A model generated the notes under the pieces. The model did not search any database and was not told where the DNA came from. It worked only from the letters and a program-made list of their open reading frames with translations. Made by a program: the position numbers and the translations under genes. From an uncultured archaeon (GTDB lineage Archaea > Thermoproteota > Nitrososphaeria > Nitrososphaerales > Gagatemarchaeaceae): a stretch of 32,000 nt of DNA. Below, piece by piece: positions 17,056 to 25,479 of the stretch (positions are counted from its first letter, which is position 1; each line of letters opens with the position of its first letter). Location of the stretch: positions 27,898-59,897 of the forward strand of contig CAVWXJ010000008.1 in NCBI GenBank assembly GCA_963759195.1, given 5' to 3'.

Positions 17056-17158
17056 TTTAGCGCCGTTTTCAGTACTAGTTTGGCATGGTACTCGTTTGGG
17101 AAATCTCGGCACGTACCATCTGTGGTCATGGGTTCAAATCCGGTGGGGTTCGAACCCC
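17056..17158 (+). other. tRNA-like-motif element, copy A (homologous to 29148-29257 minus strand); candidate ncRNA or decayed tRNA remnant
   Basis: The first 45 nt are about 84% identical to copy B. It contains GGTTCAAATCC (a T-loop motif) followed by the hairpin GGGGT-TCGA-ACCCC. No complete cloverleaf can be drawn. Confidence 0.4.
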
Positions 17159-17301
17159 AGCTTGACAGAACATGGTAATCAGAAATCTCCCAAATAGAGC
17201 TTATCTTGTCCAGAATAGCTCGAATCAGGACGGTCTAGGTCGGGAGACCCTTTCTTTTGGGGGAACCGTTCTTTTAGGGCAGTGATGGTTTGCGGAAGGG
17301 G

Positions 17302-17532
17302 ATGGAAGACCTCCGCAAAGAGATTTGGAATGAGAACGGTACTCTGAAAAGTTTCGAGTGTGGCCTTTGCAGATTGGAAAGGAACAAGCAGATTCCTGCG
17401 TCGGCACACTCACAGTATCAGCTTAGGCAAAAGAGTAGCAAAAGAGAAGTGTGGGTCTGGGTTTGTACGAACCACTTCGACATGGTCGAAAGTCGCGACA
17501 GCCCCTACGAAATCCTCAGGCACTTTTTCTAA
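17302..17532 (+). CDS. Hypothetical small Cys-containing protein (76 aa)
   Basis: ATG ORF MEDLRKEIWNENGTLKSFECGLCRLERNK...VWVCTNHFDMV, with a possible C..C / C..H metal site. The stop overlaps the end of the IS remnant. Confidence 0.35.
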   Translation: MEDLRKEIWNENGTLKSFECGLCRLERNKQIPASAHSQYQLRQKSSKREVWVWVCTNHFDMVESRDSPYEILRHFF

Positions 17533-17655
17533 GTCGGCTCGTCCTTAGGACGGCTTGCATTCTGAATCAGAGCCAGCCACTTGTTCTCTCCCTCGACCTT
17601 GATTCCCGCCCGGTCCGCTGGCGTGTCACCGAAGAGTCTCAATGGCGTCATCGTA
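17529..17655 (-). pseudogene. Decayed 3' fragment of the same IS6-family transposase
   Basis: The minus strand reads ...GDTPADRAGIKVEGENKWLALIQNASRPKDEPT*, against TPADKAGIRVEGKDKWLTLIQNASKGSKAKP* at 4270-4367. Nucleotide similarity is obvious (GGGAATCAAGGTCGAGGGAGAGAACAAGTGGCTGGCTCTGATTCAGAATGC). The upstream part is frameshifted and truncated. Confidence 0.8.
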
Positions 17656-17725
17656 AGCAAGAGAGGGTGGCTTGGAAGGGTTAAGTTCACGCTCACTCTT
17701 CCGTGCAATCGCTTGATTCAAGGCG

Positions 17726-18139
17726 TTGTCTTCGAAGAATGTTTGTAGGAATCATCGCTGTGTAAGTTGCTGCTACGAGACAGAGATGATCTTATTGAGG
17801 GATGACGTACGGTGCATAGTGAGCCTAGGTTTCAAAGAAGGCTTCTTCGCAGTCGAATTCAGAGGCTTCAAGAAGCTCAGGAACGACAACGGCAGATGCA
17901 TCTTCCACGATGGAGAGCAATGCACAATCTACCCAAATCGACCATCGGGGTGCAGACTATATCCCGTCATCTTCGACGAAGACTTGAACCATCCTGTAAT
18001 GGACAGGTTATGCCCATTCAGAGCGGAGTTTCTTCTCTCGTCAAGAGCCAGACGGGAAGCATCAAAGCTTTACCTCAGACTGACGGGCGAAAGACAAGCC
18101 AACAGCAGCGAGAAGAAGAGGTCGGTCGTGGAGATATGA
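17726..18139 (+). CDS. YkgJ-family cysteine-cluster protein (CxxCxxCC, PF03692-like)
   Basis: 137 aa. N-terminal CRNHRCVSCC plus GRCIFHDGEQCTIYPNRPSGCRLYP is the hallmark of the family. Confidence 0.7.
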   Translation: MSSKNVCRNHRCVSCCYETEMILLRDDVRCIVSLGFKEGFFAVEFRGFKKLRNDNGRCIFHDGEQCTIYPNRPSGCRLYPVIFDEDLNHPVMDRLCPFRAEFLLSSRARREASKLYLRLTGERQANSSEKKRSVVEI

Positions 18140-18423
18140 GTTACCGCTCCGACGCAAGGAAGGAACACCTGACTTCAAAGGAATACCTCGAATATCTTGA
18201 TCAAAGACTGGGTTTTTCAAGAGGAACCCTCTACGATCTCTGTCTAGGTGCCATAAAGTCGAAGATAGAAACTAGGCTGGGGGTCAAGGTGACATATAGA
18301 GGAGAGACCGAACGCCAGATACGTCTCGTTCAGGTGCGTAAAGCCATATTCCTGATAGAGTTCAAGATGGCCAGGGCGGGAAGGCAGACGGACCGCGTGG
18401 TTCAGGTTCATCTGGAAGTATAG
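18136..18423 (+). CDS. Hypothetical 95-aa HTH-like protein, copy 1 of an inverted duplicate
   Basis: The start overlaps the YkgJ stop (ATGA). LGFSRGTLYDLCLGAIK looks like an HTH. It has a paralog at 19653-19955 (minus strand) with about 85% nucleotide identity by eye. Confidence 0.6.
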   Translation: MSYRSDARKEHLTSKEYLEYLDQRLGFSRGTLYDLCLGAIKSKIETRLGVKVTYRGETERQIRLVQVRKAIFLIEFKMARAGRQTDRVVQVHLEV

Positions 18424-18490
18424 CGGATTCCACCATTTTCTGACCCGAATATGCTCTGTTCTGCATCCATCTTTAATACCCAAGTCCAAG

Positions 18491-18823
18491 GTGGACGGAG
18501 TTGTGTCTGACAACAAATCCAGGGAGACAGCCGGCTGGAACACCGTATACATTGGAAGACAGAAGCCCATGATGAATTACGTCCTCGCCACTCTGACGTG
18601 TCTCAACAACTCTCCTGACGTCACTCTGAAGGCGAGGGGCGCGGCAATTAGCCTCGCCGTCGACGTCGCACAAGTGACAATTCACAGATTCGCTCGAGGC
18701 CTCAGGGTCGCCGACATAAAGATAGGCACGGAGCAGTTGCAGTCGCAAGAAGGCGGCACCAGAAACGTTTCGAGCATCGAAATCAAGTTGACAAACTCCC
18801 CGGCAGGCCAAGAAGGGTCGTAA
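18491..18823 (+). CDS. albA: Alba DNA/RNA-binding chromatin protein
   Basis: NTVYIGRQKPMMNYVLATLTCLNN...VTLKARGAAISLAVDVAQV...VSSIEIKL matches the Alba core. The exact start is ambiguous (GTG at 18491 or 18503). Confidence 0.88.
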   Translation: MDGVVSDNKSRETAGWNTVYIGRQKPMMNYVLATLTCLNNSPDVTLKARGAAISLAVDVAQVTIHRFARGLRVADIKIGTEQLQSQEGGTRNVSSIEIKLTNSPAGQEGS

Positions 18824-19140
18824 GAAAGCCTAGCCAGGAAAAGCCTGGATACCCTAGTCAGCGGTCAGAAAGTTGACACTCACTTTAACTTTGGACCTCA
18901 CGCTACGTTGACCAGTAGGAGCTGAGTTGGCCTTTATTGAAAGTGAAGGTGTAACGCATTGGCAGAACGAGCCCGAAACGGCTCTGTTTGCTGAGACGAA
19001 AATTTGCAGAGAACTAGAAGAAGCTGTAGAAGTGCTAAGAGCAGGGACCGAGACCAATCATCTCCTACGTAACAAAAGTAGGAGGAGGGACCAGTCCGCT
19101 TTCAACCCTAGGATGTCGTTGTGCTCGCCTGAGGGGCGCC

Positions 19141-19230
19141 TTATTTGGTTGCAGGTTGAGTGGCCGAAGCTGCCTTCTTGGTTGCTTTTCCTTTGGCAGC
19201 CTTCTTCTTGACCTTCTTCAATTTCGCCAT
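19141..19230 (-). CDS. 29-aa lysine-rich micro-protein (MAKLKKVKKKAAKGKATKKAASATQPATK)
   Basis: ATG ORF below the track's size cutoff. A BRE/TATA-like AAAGAATTTAAGTA is centred about 25 nt upstream of the ATG, implying a leaderless transcript. Confidence 0.45.
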   Translation of the reverse strand: MAKLKKVKKKAAKGKATKKAASATQPATK

Positions 19231-19250
19231 ATAATTATAACCTTCGATGT

Positions 19251-19260
19251 TACTTAAATT
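19251..19260 (-). promoter_or_regulatory. TATA box (minus strand AATTTAAGTA) with purine-rich BRE for the lysine-rich micro-ORF
   Basis: It matches the archaeal TTTAWATA-type consensus and is spaced about 25 nt from the ATG at 19230. Confidence 0.45.
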
Positions 19261-19381
19261 CTTTGCAGCTCGCTAGCGGCTCTTTCAAATCTTCGGTTGG
19301 TCGAGCACCTCCTTCATGCCTACGTCAACCGCATACTTTACGGCACCTTGATTCTGAAAGGGGAAAAAGTACCAGGTAACC

Positions 19382-19588
19382 CTAGCTTTTCGATCTGTTA
19401 CTTTCTCGCTGACCGTACTTGCGGAGCCGGTTTAGCTCGGAGATCTTTTCCTTGTATTCCTTTTTCTTCTTCTTGTTTCCCTGTGTGCGCGCTTGGTCGT
19501 AAAGCTTCCTCAGTTTCTCCTCTTCTGACACGTAATCTGACAACTTCGGAAATGAAATCGTAGCACCATAATTATATCTTTCAGACAT
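19382..19588 (-). CDS. Hypothetical 68-aa charged protein (from ATG 19588)
   Basis: MSERYNYGATISFPKLSDYVSEEEKLRKLYDQARTQGNKKKKKEYKEKISELNRLRKYG... It lies downstream of duplicate copy 2. I recognise no family. Confidence 0.4.
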   Translation of the reverse strand: MSERYNYGATISFPKLSDYVSEEEKLRKLYDQARTQGNKKKKKEYKEKISELNRLRKYGQRESNRSKS

Positions 19589-19652
19589 GGGTCGCAAAAC
19601 CACCCGCTGTACTCCTCCGAGCATTCTCGGGTCAGAGAAATGGCGGAGCACG

Positions 19653-19955
19653 CTATATCTCCAGATGGACCTGAACCACGCGGTCGATCTGCTTTCCCGG
19701 CTTGGGCATCTTGAACTCTATCAAGAATATGGCTTTACGCACCTGAGAGGAGCGATGAGGAGCAGTACGTATCTGGCGTTCGGTCTCTCCTCGATATGTC
19801 ACCTTGACCCCCGACTTGGACTTGGTCTTTGACTTCATGGCTGCTAGACAGAGATCGTAGACGGTTCCTCTCGAAAAACCTAGTCGCTGATCAATGTATT
19901 CGAGGTAGCCCTTTGAAGTTAGGTGTTCCCCCCTTGTGCCGGAGCGGTAACTCAT
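19653..19955 (-). CDS. Hypothetical 100-aa HTH-like protein, copy 2 of the inverted duplicate
   Basis: MSYRSGTRGEHLTSKGYLEYIDQRLGFSRGTVYDLCLAAMKS... is colinear with copy 1, except that a 7-codon segment (TAPHRSS) replaces 2 codons. Confidence 0.55.
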   Translation of the reverse strand: MSYRSGTRGEHLTSKGYLEYIDQRLGFSRGTVYDLCLAAMKSKTKSKSGVKVTYRGETERQIRTAPHRSSQVRKAIFLIEFKMPKPGKQIDRVVQVHLEI

Positions 19956-19978
19956 GCATTCGGCATCTGATTTCAATG

Positions 19979-20125
19979 CTAGTCGGTCCAGCCTTCCTTT
20001 TCTCGCTTTCCTTCTGAACTTCGAGAGAATATTTGGGCATCGTCGAACCAGTTGCCGACTTCAGCCACCTTGATTTTCAAATGCTCTCTCACGACGAAGA
20101 TGACAAAACGTCTTTTCCTCTATTG
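19979..20125 (-). pseudogene. Remnant of a second YkgJ-family gene (3' part only, degraded)
   Basis: The minus strand keeps GTCATCTTCG..., ATGCCCA... and GAAAAGGAAGGCTGGACCG, colinear with 17966-18130 of the intact gene. The N-terminal CxxCxxCC part is missing and the frame is broken. Confidence 0.55.
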
Positions 20126-20605
20126 TAATCACCCAGCTCAGGGGTTCCCCTCATTCTTCTTGGTCAATGTAGCCATACTCTTAAGGGGGAACGACTTCTT
20201 GTCACAGAGAGGAAGATGAAGAATGACGTGGCTGAGAGATAGGTAACTTGCGCTAGCCAAGAAAGCCAGAAAAGGAGACGCTAATTACATCCACGCTCAG
20301 CTTCTTCTGGCTGGTCAGAATGTAGACAGGGATGAGATAGTAGGAAGGTCTCATCTATACTATTTCGACTGTTGCTGTGTCAGGTATTTCTCTGTAAGCA
20401 TCGAGCTCTTAGCATCTGAAAGCGTTTCAGCCTATGAGAAGCATAAAGACCTCGTAAGGCTGCACCATAGGCAAAAGAATCACTAGGTCACAGCAGGACA
20501 GGGTTCTGATGACTCTTCGGGGTTTGAGGACCAATTGCGATGCGCCTCATATCCCGATCAAGCCTTACACGCCCCTACGTCATCTGGACGATTCCGTCCC
20601 TTTTG

Positions 20606-20617
20606 TTTACTATATAT
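20606..20617 (+). promoter_or_regulatory. TATA box (TTTACTATATAT) of tbp
   Basis: Centred about 31 nt upstream of the ATG at 20643. Confidence 0.5.
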
Positions 20618-20642
20618 GCTGTCGAATCTCCACGACTCCGTA

Positions 20643-21200
20643 ATGCCCCAAACGAAGGCGATAGTGAGCATCGAGAACGTTGTCGCTTCTGCCTCAATAA
20701 ATCAGAGGGTCGACCTCAACCTGATAACAAAGAACTTTATCGACGTGGAGTATCATCCCGACCAATTCCCTGGACTGGTCTTTAGACTGAAAAGCCCAAA
20801 GACAGCTACCCTGGTCTTCAGCTCAGGGAAGATGGTCTGCACGGGTGCAAAATCGGAGGAGCAGTCAAGAAAGGCCGTGCAAGAGGTCGTCAGGAGGTTG
20901 AAGAAGGGGGGTATCCCCATCAAGAACGAGGCAGAGATAGTGATACAGAACATGGTGGGGACGGCGAACCTTGGGGGGAAGATTGACCTAGAGAAAGCGG
21001 CTAGACAGTTACCAAAATCGATGTACGAGCCGGAGCAGTTCCCCGGTTTGATCCACAGGATGCCAGACCCCAAGACCGTGATACTTCTCTTCTCCTCTGG
21101 GAAGCTCGTTTGCACTGGAGCGAAGAGGGAGAGCGAGGTCTACAGGGCCGTGAACAACCTGCACGTGATGCTCGAGGAAAAAGGGCTCATGGTTTACTGA
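20643..21200 (+). CDS. tbp: TATA-box-binding protein
   Basis: 185 aa from the ATG at 20643. It has the two direct repeats IENVVASASINQRVDL...EQFPGLVFRL...TATLVFSSGKMVCTGAKS and IQNMVGTANLGGKIDL...EQFPGLIHRM...LLFSSGKLVCTGAKR. The track ORF start at 20535 is upstream of the TATA box and unlikely. Confidence 0.93.
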   Translation: MPQTKAIVSIENVVASASINQRVDLNLITKNFIDVEYHPDQFPGLVFRLKSPKTATLVFSSGKMVCTGAKSEEQSRKAVQEVVRRLKKGGIPIKNEAEIVIQNMVGTANLGGKIDLEKAARQLPKSMYEPEQFPGLIHRMPDPKTVILLFSSGKLVCTGAKRESEVYRAVNNLHVMLEEKGLMVY

Positions 21201-21473
21201 CCCTTCCCGCGTCCAGCCCGACTGATGATGGCCTTCTTCTCTTCGGCCAGCCATCGAATCGGCGTACTCTGAAGGCCGTAAGTTCTACGTACTTCCCCTG
21301 GGAAGATTGTCCTTGAACTAGTGCCGTACCCAGTTTGATGAACAAGTGCATTCGCCGGTGTAATCATTACTACCAGTACAAACTGAGACAGGGCTTCCTT
21401 CAGTTCTCATCTCCACCGCTTTTTTTCTACATTTACTACAAAGAATCGATTCTACCACGTACCACTTACTGCC

Positions 21474-23663
21474 TTACCTGTAGAAAGGCACCGCGACCTT
21501 CTCCATCGGATTGTTCTCCCTGGAGGTTCTCACTTTCTTCGCTGCCTCCCGGAAGTGCTCGTAGGTCACGATCACTTCATCCAGGTGCTTCTTCGCGTCC
21601 TCGGGCCTCGGATACTTGGCGATGTAGGCCTGAAGGACCATGGAGAGTGCCGTGTTCACGAGTGCGGCCAAGTCCGCTCCGTTGAATCCCTCGGTCATCT
21701 CAACGAGACGCCCAACCTCTACCGCCTTTGCGATTGGCTTCCCCTTCATGTGTATCTGGAGGGTCTCTTTCCTCGCGTCCCTATCGGGGAGAGGTGTACT
21801 GATTATCTTATCGAAACGCCCGGCCCTCAAAAGCGCTGAGTCGACCATGTCGATTCTGTTGGTTGCAGCTAGTACGACGACCCCCTGGAGCGCTTGTATT
21901 CCGTCGAGCTCTGTCAGAAGCTGACTGACGACTCGCGCCGTTACCATGCTGTCCCCACCCATCCCTCTCGTCGGCGCAACCGAATCAATCTCGTCGAAGA
22001 AGATTATGCACGGAGAGGCTTGTCTTGCCCGTCTGAAGACCTCTCGCATTCCCCTTTCCGATTCACCCACCCACTTACTGAGCAACTCTGGGCCCCTCAC
22101 GCTGATGAAGTTCGCTTCACTCTCCGTAGCAACCGCCTTGGCCAGCAGTGTCTTACCCGTACCCGAGGGACCGTAGAGCAGGATGCCCTTCGGCACAGAG
22201 TAGCCTATCGTCTTGTAAAGGTCCGGGTACTTCAGCGGCCATTCGACCGCCTCCTGAAGCTCCTTCTTGACACCATCAAGGCCGCCAATCTCTGACCACT
22301 TCACATCCGGTGTTTCAAGATACACTTCTCTCATCGCTGACGGCGTGATGTCTTTCAGCGCCTTCTGGAAGTCGTCCCCCGTAACAATCAGTTTGCCGAG
22401 TATCTCTGGGCTCAGTCTCTCTTCCTCGAGCTTCAGTTCTGGTAGAATCCTTCTGAGAGTCTTCATGGCGGCCTCCTTGCAAAGATACTCGAGGTCAGCC
22501 CCGACGAACCCGTGCGATACCGAGGCGAGCTTCTCGAGGTCAACGTCCTGCTGTAGTGGCATGTGGCGCGTGTGGATCTGCAGTATCTCGTATCTTCCCT
22601 TCTTGTCCGGGACCTTGATCTCGATCTCTCTGTCAAACCTGCCCGGCCTTCGGAGAGCGGGGTCTAGTGCGTTGTGTCGGTTGGTAGCGGCTATTACTAT
22701 GACCTTGCCCCTTGCTTCGAGACCATCCATCAGGGAGAGCAACTGGCTGACAACTCTCCGCTCGACTTCGCCAATTACTTCCTCGCGCTTTGGAGCTATC
22801 GAGTCGATCTCGTCGATGAAGACGATGGTAGGAGCTTTCTCCTTTGCCTCTTTGAATATCTCTCTGAGCCTTGCCTCTGATTCACCATAGTATTTGCTCA
22901 TGATCTCCGGACCGCTTATCGGAATGAAGTGAGCGTTGGTCTCATTAACTACAGCCTTCGCCAAGAGCGTCTTGCCGGTTCCCGGAGGACCGTATAGCAG
23001 AACCCCTTTCGGTGCTTCAACACCCAACTTCTCGAAAATCTCCGGATGTCTCAGGGGGAGCTCAATCATCTCCCTTACCTTCCGGACTTCGTCCTTCATG
23101 CCACCGATGTCTTCGTAGGTTACCTGTGGTACTCCCCTCAGAGCTTCGCCCTTCTCGGAGATGACGAAGACCGTTCTCTGAGTTATCAGCGCTGCGTCTG
23201 CGACCGGACTTAGCCCAACGACCTGGAAGGTGAGCCTCCCACCGAAGTAGGGTACCATCACGTTGTCCCCCTTCGTTACCGGGACGCCTTCGAGGGCATC
23301 CGCCAAGTATCTCTCGTCGAGAGGCGGCACAGCTTCGGATGGAGCGATCACAACCTTCTCTGCTGGTGGGACCTTGACTACCTTTACGACAACCACGTCA
23401 CCTATGGCGACGCCGCCGTTGTTCCTGATGAGACCGTCGATCCTTACCATTCCTCTGCCCTCGTCTGAGGGGTAGAGAGGTATGCACTTCGCGACCGTTC
23501 GTCTCTTTCCCTTGATCTCGATTACGTCTCCCGTCGACGCGCCTAATGCGCCCATCGCGTCATAGTCTATCCTCGCCACACCATGACCGACGTCGCGAGT
23601 GTATGCCTCGAGAACTCTAAGCTGGACTTGCTGCTGGCTCACGCCTTTATCACTGTAAGACAA
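21474..23663 (-). CDS. cdc48: CDC48/VCP-like AAA+ ATPase (VAT)
   Basis: 729 aa. It has an N-terminal double-psi-barrel-like domain and two AAA modules with [13 protein letters not shown] / IVFIDEIDS and [13 protein letters not shown] / IIFFDEIDS. Confidence 0.93.
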   Translation of the reverse strand: MSYSDKGVSQQQVQLRVLEAYTRDVGHGVARIDYDAMGALGASTGDVIEIKGKRRTVAKCIPLYPSDEGRGMVRIDGLIRNNGGVAIGDVVVVKVVKVPPAEKVVIAPSEAVPPLDERYLADALEGVPVTKGDNVMVPYFGGRLTFQVVGLSPVADAALITQRTVFVISEKGEALRGVPQVTYEDIGGMKDEVRKVREMIELPLRHPEIFEKLGVEAPKGVLLYGPPGTGKTLLAKAVVNETNAHFIPISGPEIMSKYYGESEARLREIFKEAKEKAPTIVFIDEIDSIAPKREEVIGEVERRVVSQLLSLMDGLEARGKVIVIAATNRHNALDPALRRPGRFDREIEIKVPDKKGRYEILQIHTRHMPLQQDVDLEKLASVSHGFVGADLEYLCKEAAMKTLRRILPELKLEEERLSPEILGKLIVTGDDFQKALKDITPSAMREVYLETPDVKWSEIGGLDGVKKELQEAVEWPLKYPDLYKTIGYSVPKGILLYGPSGTGKTLLAKAVATESEANFISVRGPELLSKWVGESERGMREVFRRARQASPCIIFFDEIDSVAPTRGMGGDSMVTARVVSQLLTELDGIQALQGVVVLAATNRIDMVDSALLRAGRFDKIISTPLPDRDARKETLQIHMKGKPIAKAVEVGRLVEMTEGFNGADLAALVNTALSMVLQAYIAKYPRPEDAKKHLDEVIVTYEHFREAAKKVRTSRENNPMEKVAVPFYR

Positions 23664-23760
23664 TCCTCAGCCTCCTGTACCAATTACGAGTCTTCTCCAT
23701 CAGATAGGTGTTCCTATGATGGGCTTACGAATGCTAGCCTGATAACGTCTTTCATCAGTG

Positions 23761-24171
23761 CTAACTTGACGGGTTCTCTAACTTGGTCCTAACCCTCGGG
23801 TCATGCTTAAACGTCTTTAGAAATTCAACCAGGTCAACGAAATCTGGGTTGTCATCTGCTTTGCGAAGTCGCACGCGGATGTCTTCCTTTCCCAAGTTCA
23901 CTATGAACTCAGATTGATATGAAATCTTGGTGAAGAGGACAGCGGAGTAGTGTATCCTTCCCTTGAGCTCTTCTCGCACGACATCTTCCGTGTCTGGGAA
24001 AGATAATATCGTAAAGGCTATTCCGCCAATCCAATTGACGGTAGGGATAACTGGAATTTCTCTCGTCAGTATTTGCTTCACGACGTCTTCGAAGAAGATT
24101 ATCTTATTGTCGGACTCCAAAACTTGATGAATGACGACTTCCTCTGTCGGCATGTATGTAATCTTAGCCAA
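23761..24171 (-). CDS. Hypothetical 136-aa protein in a visibly AT-richer patch
   Basis: ORF of plausible composition starting at TTG or an internal ATG. I recognise no family. Confidence 0.45.
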   Translation of the reverse strand: MAKITYMPTEEVVIHQVLESDNKIIFFEDVVKQILTREIPVIPTVNWIGGIAFTILSFPDTEDVVREELKGRIHYSAVLFTKISYQSEFIVNLGKEDIRVRLRKADDNPDFVDLVEFLKTFKHDPRVRTKLENPSS

Positions 24172-24659
24172 GTCTAACGTCCTCTTCTAACAGAACAAAT
24201 TCTGGGCGCCCCGAACTAAGGTTATCCACGATCAGTCTTGATTCCGTACTTCTCAGCCTGTGTCCTACCTACTAAACCTTCATGCGGTCTAAACTGAAGA
24301 GAATGGTGGACGCCACACTCGATGCCCATTAGTGATGCCTCCGGTCAAGTCGGAGAGCAAGGACGATCCGAGCTCCTCGCTCAGATGCAACCAGCGGATC
24401 CGGAATCCATCCTCCTAAAGGGCCACGTCACGACGTAGCTGGATGGTCGACCACAATTGACACAAGGTCGTTGCTCCCCCCTCCCGCCCAGATGAAAAGA
24501 TGACATAGTTTGTCACGCTCTAGTTCGATTTGTCCCCCTCGAGTCCCCTTGTCCCCGCAATCAACAATGAATGGGACTTCGCCAAAAGAGGGAAAATCGG
24601 CAAGCAGGCCTGTCTGCAGTTCTCACAAGTGCTAAATATCCGAATGAGGCAACAGGAGA

Positions 24660-25082
24660 ATGAATATGGCAAATTGTACAGGGACCTGCAAGCAGAGGAA
24701 GTACAAATTCGCTCTTGATTCCCTTGGTGACACGAATATTCGAATAGACGAGCAGCCGCCGCTAGCAGGTCAACCTGTCATTGGAACGACACAGGAACTA
24801 AGAGACAAAGCGCGTGAAGAAATAGCGAAGGAAATAGAAAGACTGGAAAAGTACAACGATGTTACTGCATGCCCAGAAGGCTGTTTTTGCCGAATATCAG
24901 GAAAAGAGGCGAAAAAGGACAGGGAGGATGATAACTGGAGTGCTGATTGGGTGGAAATGGAAATTCCAGTACGATTCACAATCGGAGGTACAGTATGGAA
25001 GGCCTATGGAAAGGTAAGAAGTAAATCGATTACCGTGTATGGTGAATGTGAGCCCCGGAAGTTTGAATTACACTACGCATGA
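24660..25082 (+). CDS. Hypothetical 140-aa Cys-containing protein
   Basis: ATG ORF with CTGTC at the N-terminus, ACPEGCFC in the middle and a charged helical segment. I recognise no family. Confidence 0.45.
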   Translation: MNMANCTGTCKQRKYKFALDSLGDTNIRIDEQPPLAGQPVIGTTQELRDKAREEIAKEIERLEKYNDVTACPEGCFCRISGKEAKKDREDDNWSADWVEMEIPVRFTIGGTVWKAYGKVRSKSITVYGECEPRKFELHYA

Positions 25083-25479
25083 GTTTTCATACCCGAAGAC
25101 CACTGACCCTTTACATACAGCGAACTGAACGCCATTGTGGGCGAGCCATGATTTCACCGCCTGCAAGGCACTTCTCTTCTATGACTCTTGATTACGAAAG
25201 ATTTAGCGTCCCTCGAATTAAGCGGAGGTTCCAGCATCGATTGGTAGCGGGCCCGGTGGGTTCCAGCACATCTTTGTGTCGGACCCCCTTTGTCGGTCGC
25301 CAGAATTGCAATTCTCACATACTCGGCATCCCATTTGGAACGGTCCAATCTCGGCAAGATTTCGCTTCTCCTCTTAGACGCTTTCTCCACTTAGAGGTTT
25401 CCTGCGTGCATAATGGGTTTACTGCGCCTCCGCAGAGAAACTCGTCTAGGAAATTCGTTCTCGAATAGGCGTAGCGCCT

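Noticed and set aside
17121-17165. Possible tRNA gene, because of GGTTCAAATCC followed by GGGGTTCGAACCCC
   Set aside because: With a 7-nt T-loop the first motif gives a T-stem with a central G-G mismatch, and the second gives only 3 bp. The would-be 3' acceptor GGGGTTC has its complement only downstream (as a palindrome), not upstream. I found no anticodon arm or D-arm closing to a cloverleaf. It is reported only as a tRNA-like element.
18569-18596. C/D-box sRNA look-alike (ATGATGA ... CTGA)
   Set aside because: It lies inside the alba coding sequence: ATGATGA encodes the conserved MMN of KPMMNYV. There is no terminal stem or C'/D' arrangement, so it is most likely coincidental.
18927-19211. 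94-aa + strand ORF downstream of alba
   Set aside because: The first half looks protein-like, but it has a TTG start and no convincing promoter. Its last third is antisense to the well-promoted lysine-rich micro-ORF. Left unresolved rather than called.
20535-20642. N-terminal 36-aa extension of TBP suggested by the ORF track
   Set aside because: The extension includes the TATA box itself (20606-20617) and is not TBP-like. The ATG at 20643 gives a canonical 185-aa TBP.
21555-23475. Multiple + strand ORFs antisense to cdc48
   Set aside because: They lie within the 729-aa CDC48 gene and have low-complexity S/L/R-rich sequences.
25079-25468. ORFs 25079-25468 (+) and 25154-25390 (-), and a possible tRNA around 25200-25260
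   Set aside because: The translations are R/S/P-rich and junk-like, and no T-loop or cloverleaf could be built. Kept only as part of the low-coding-region finding.
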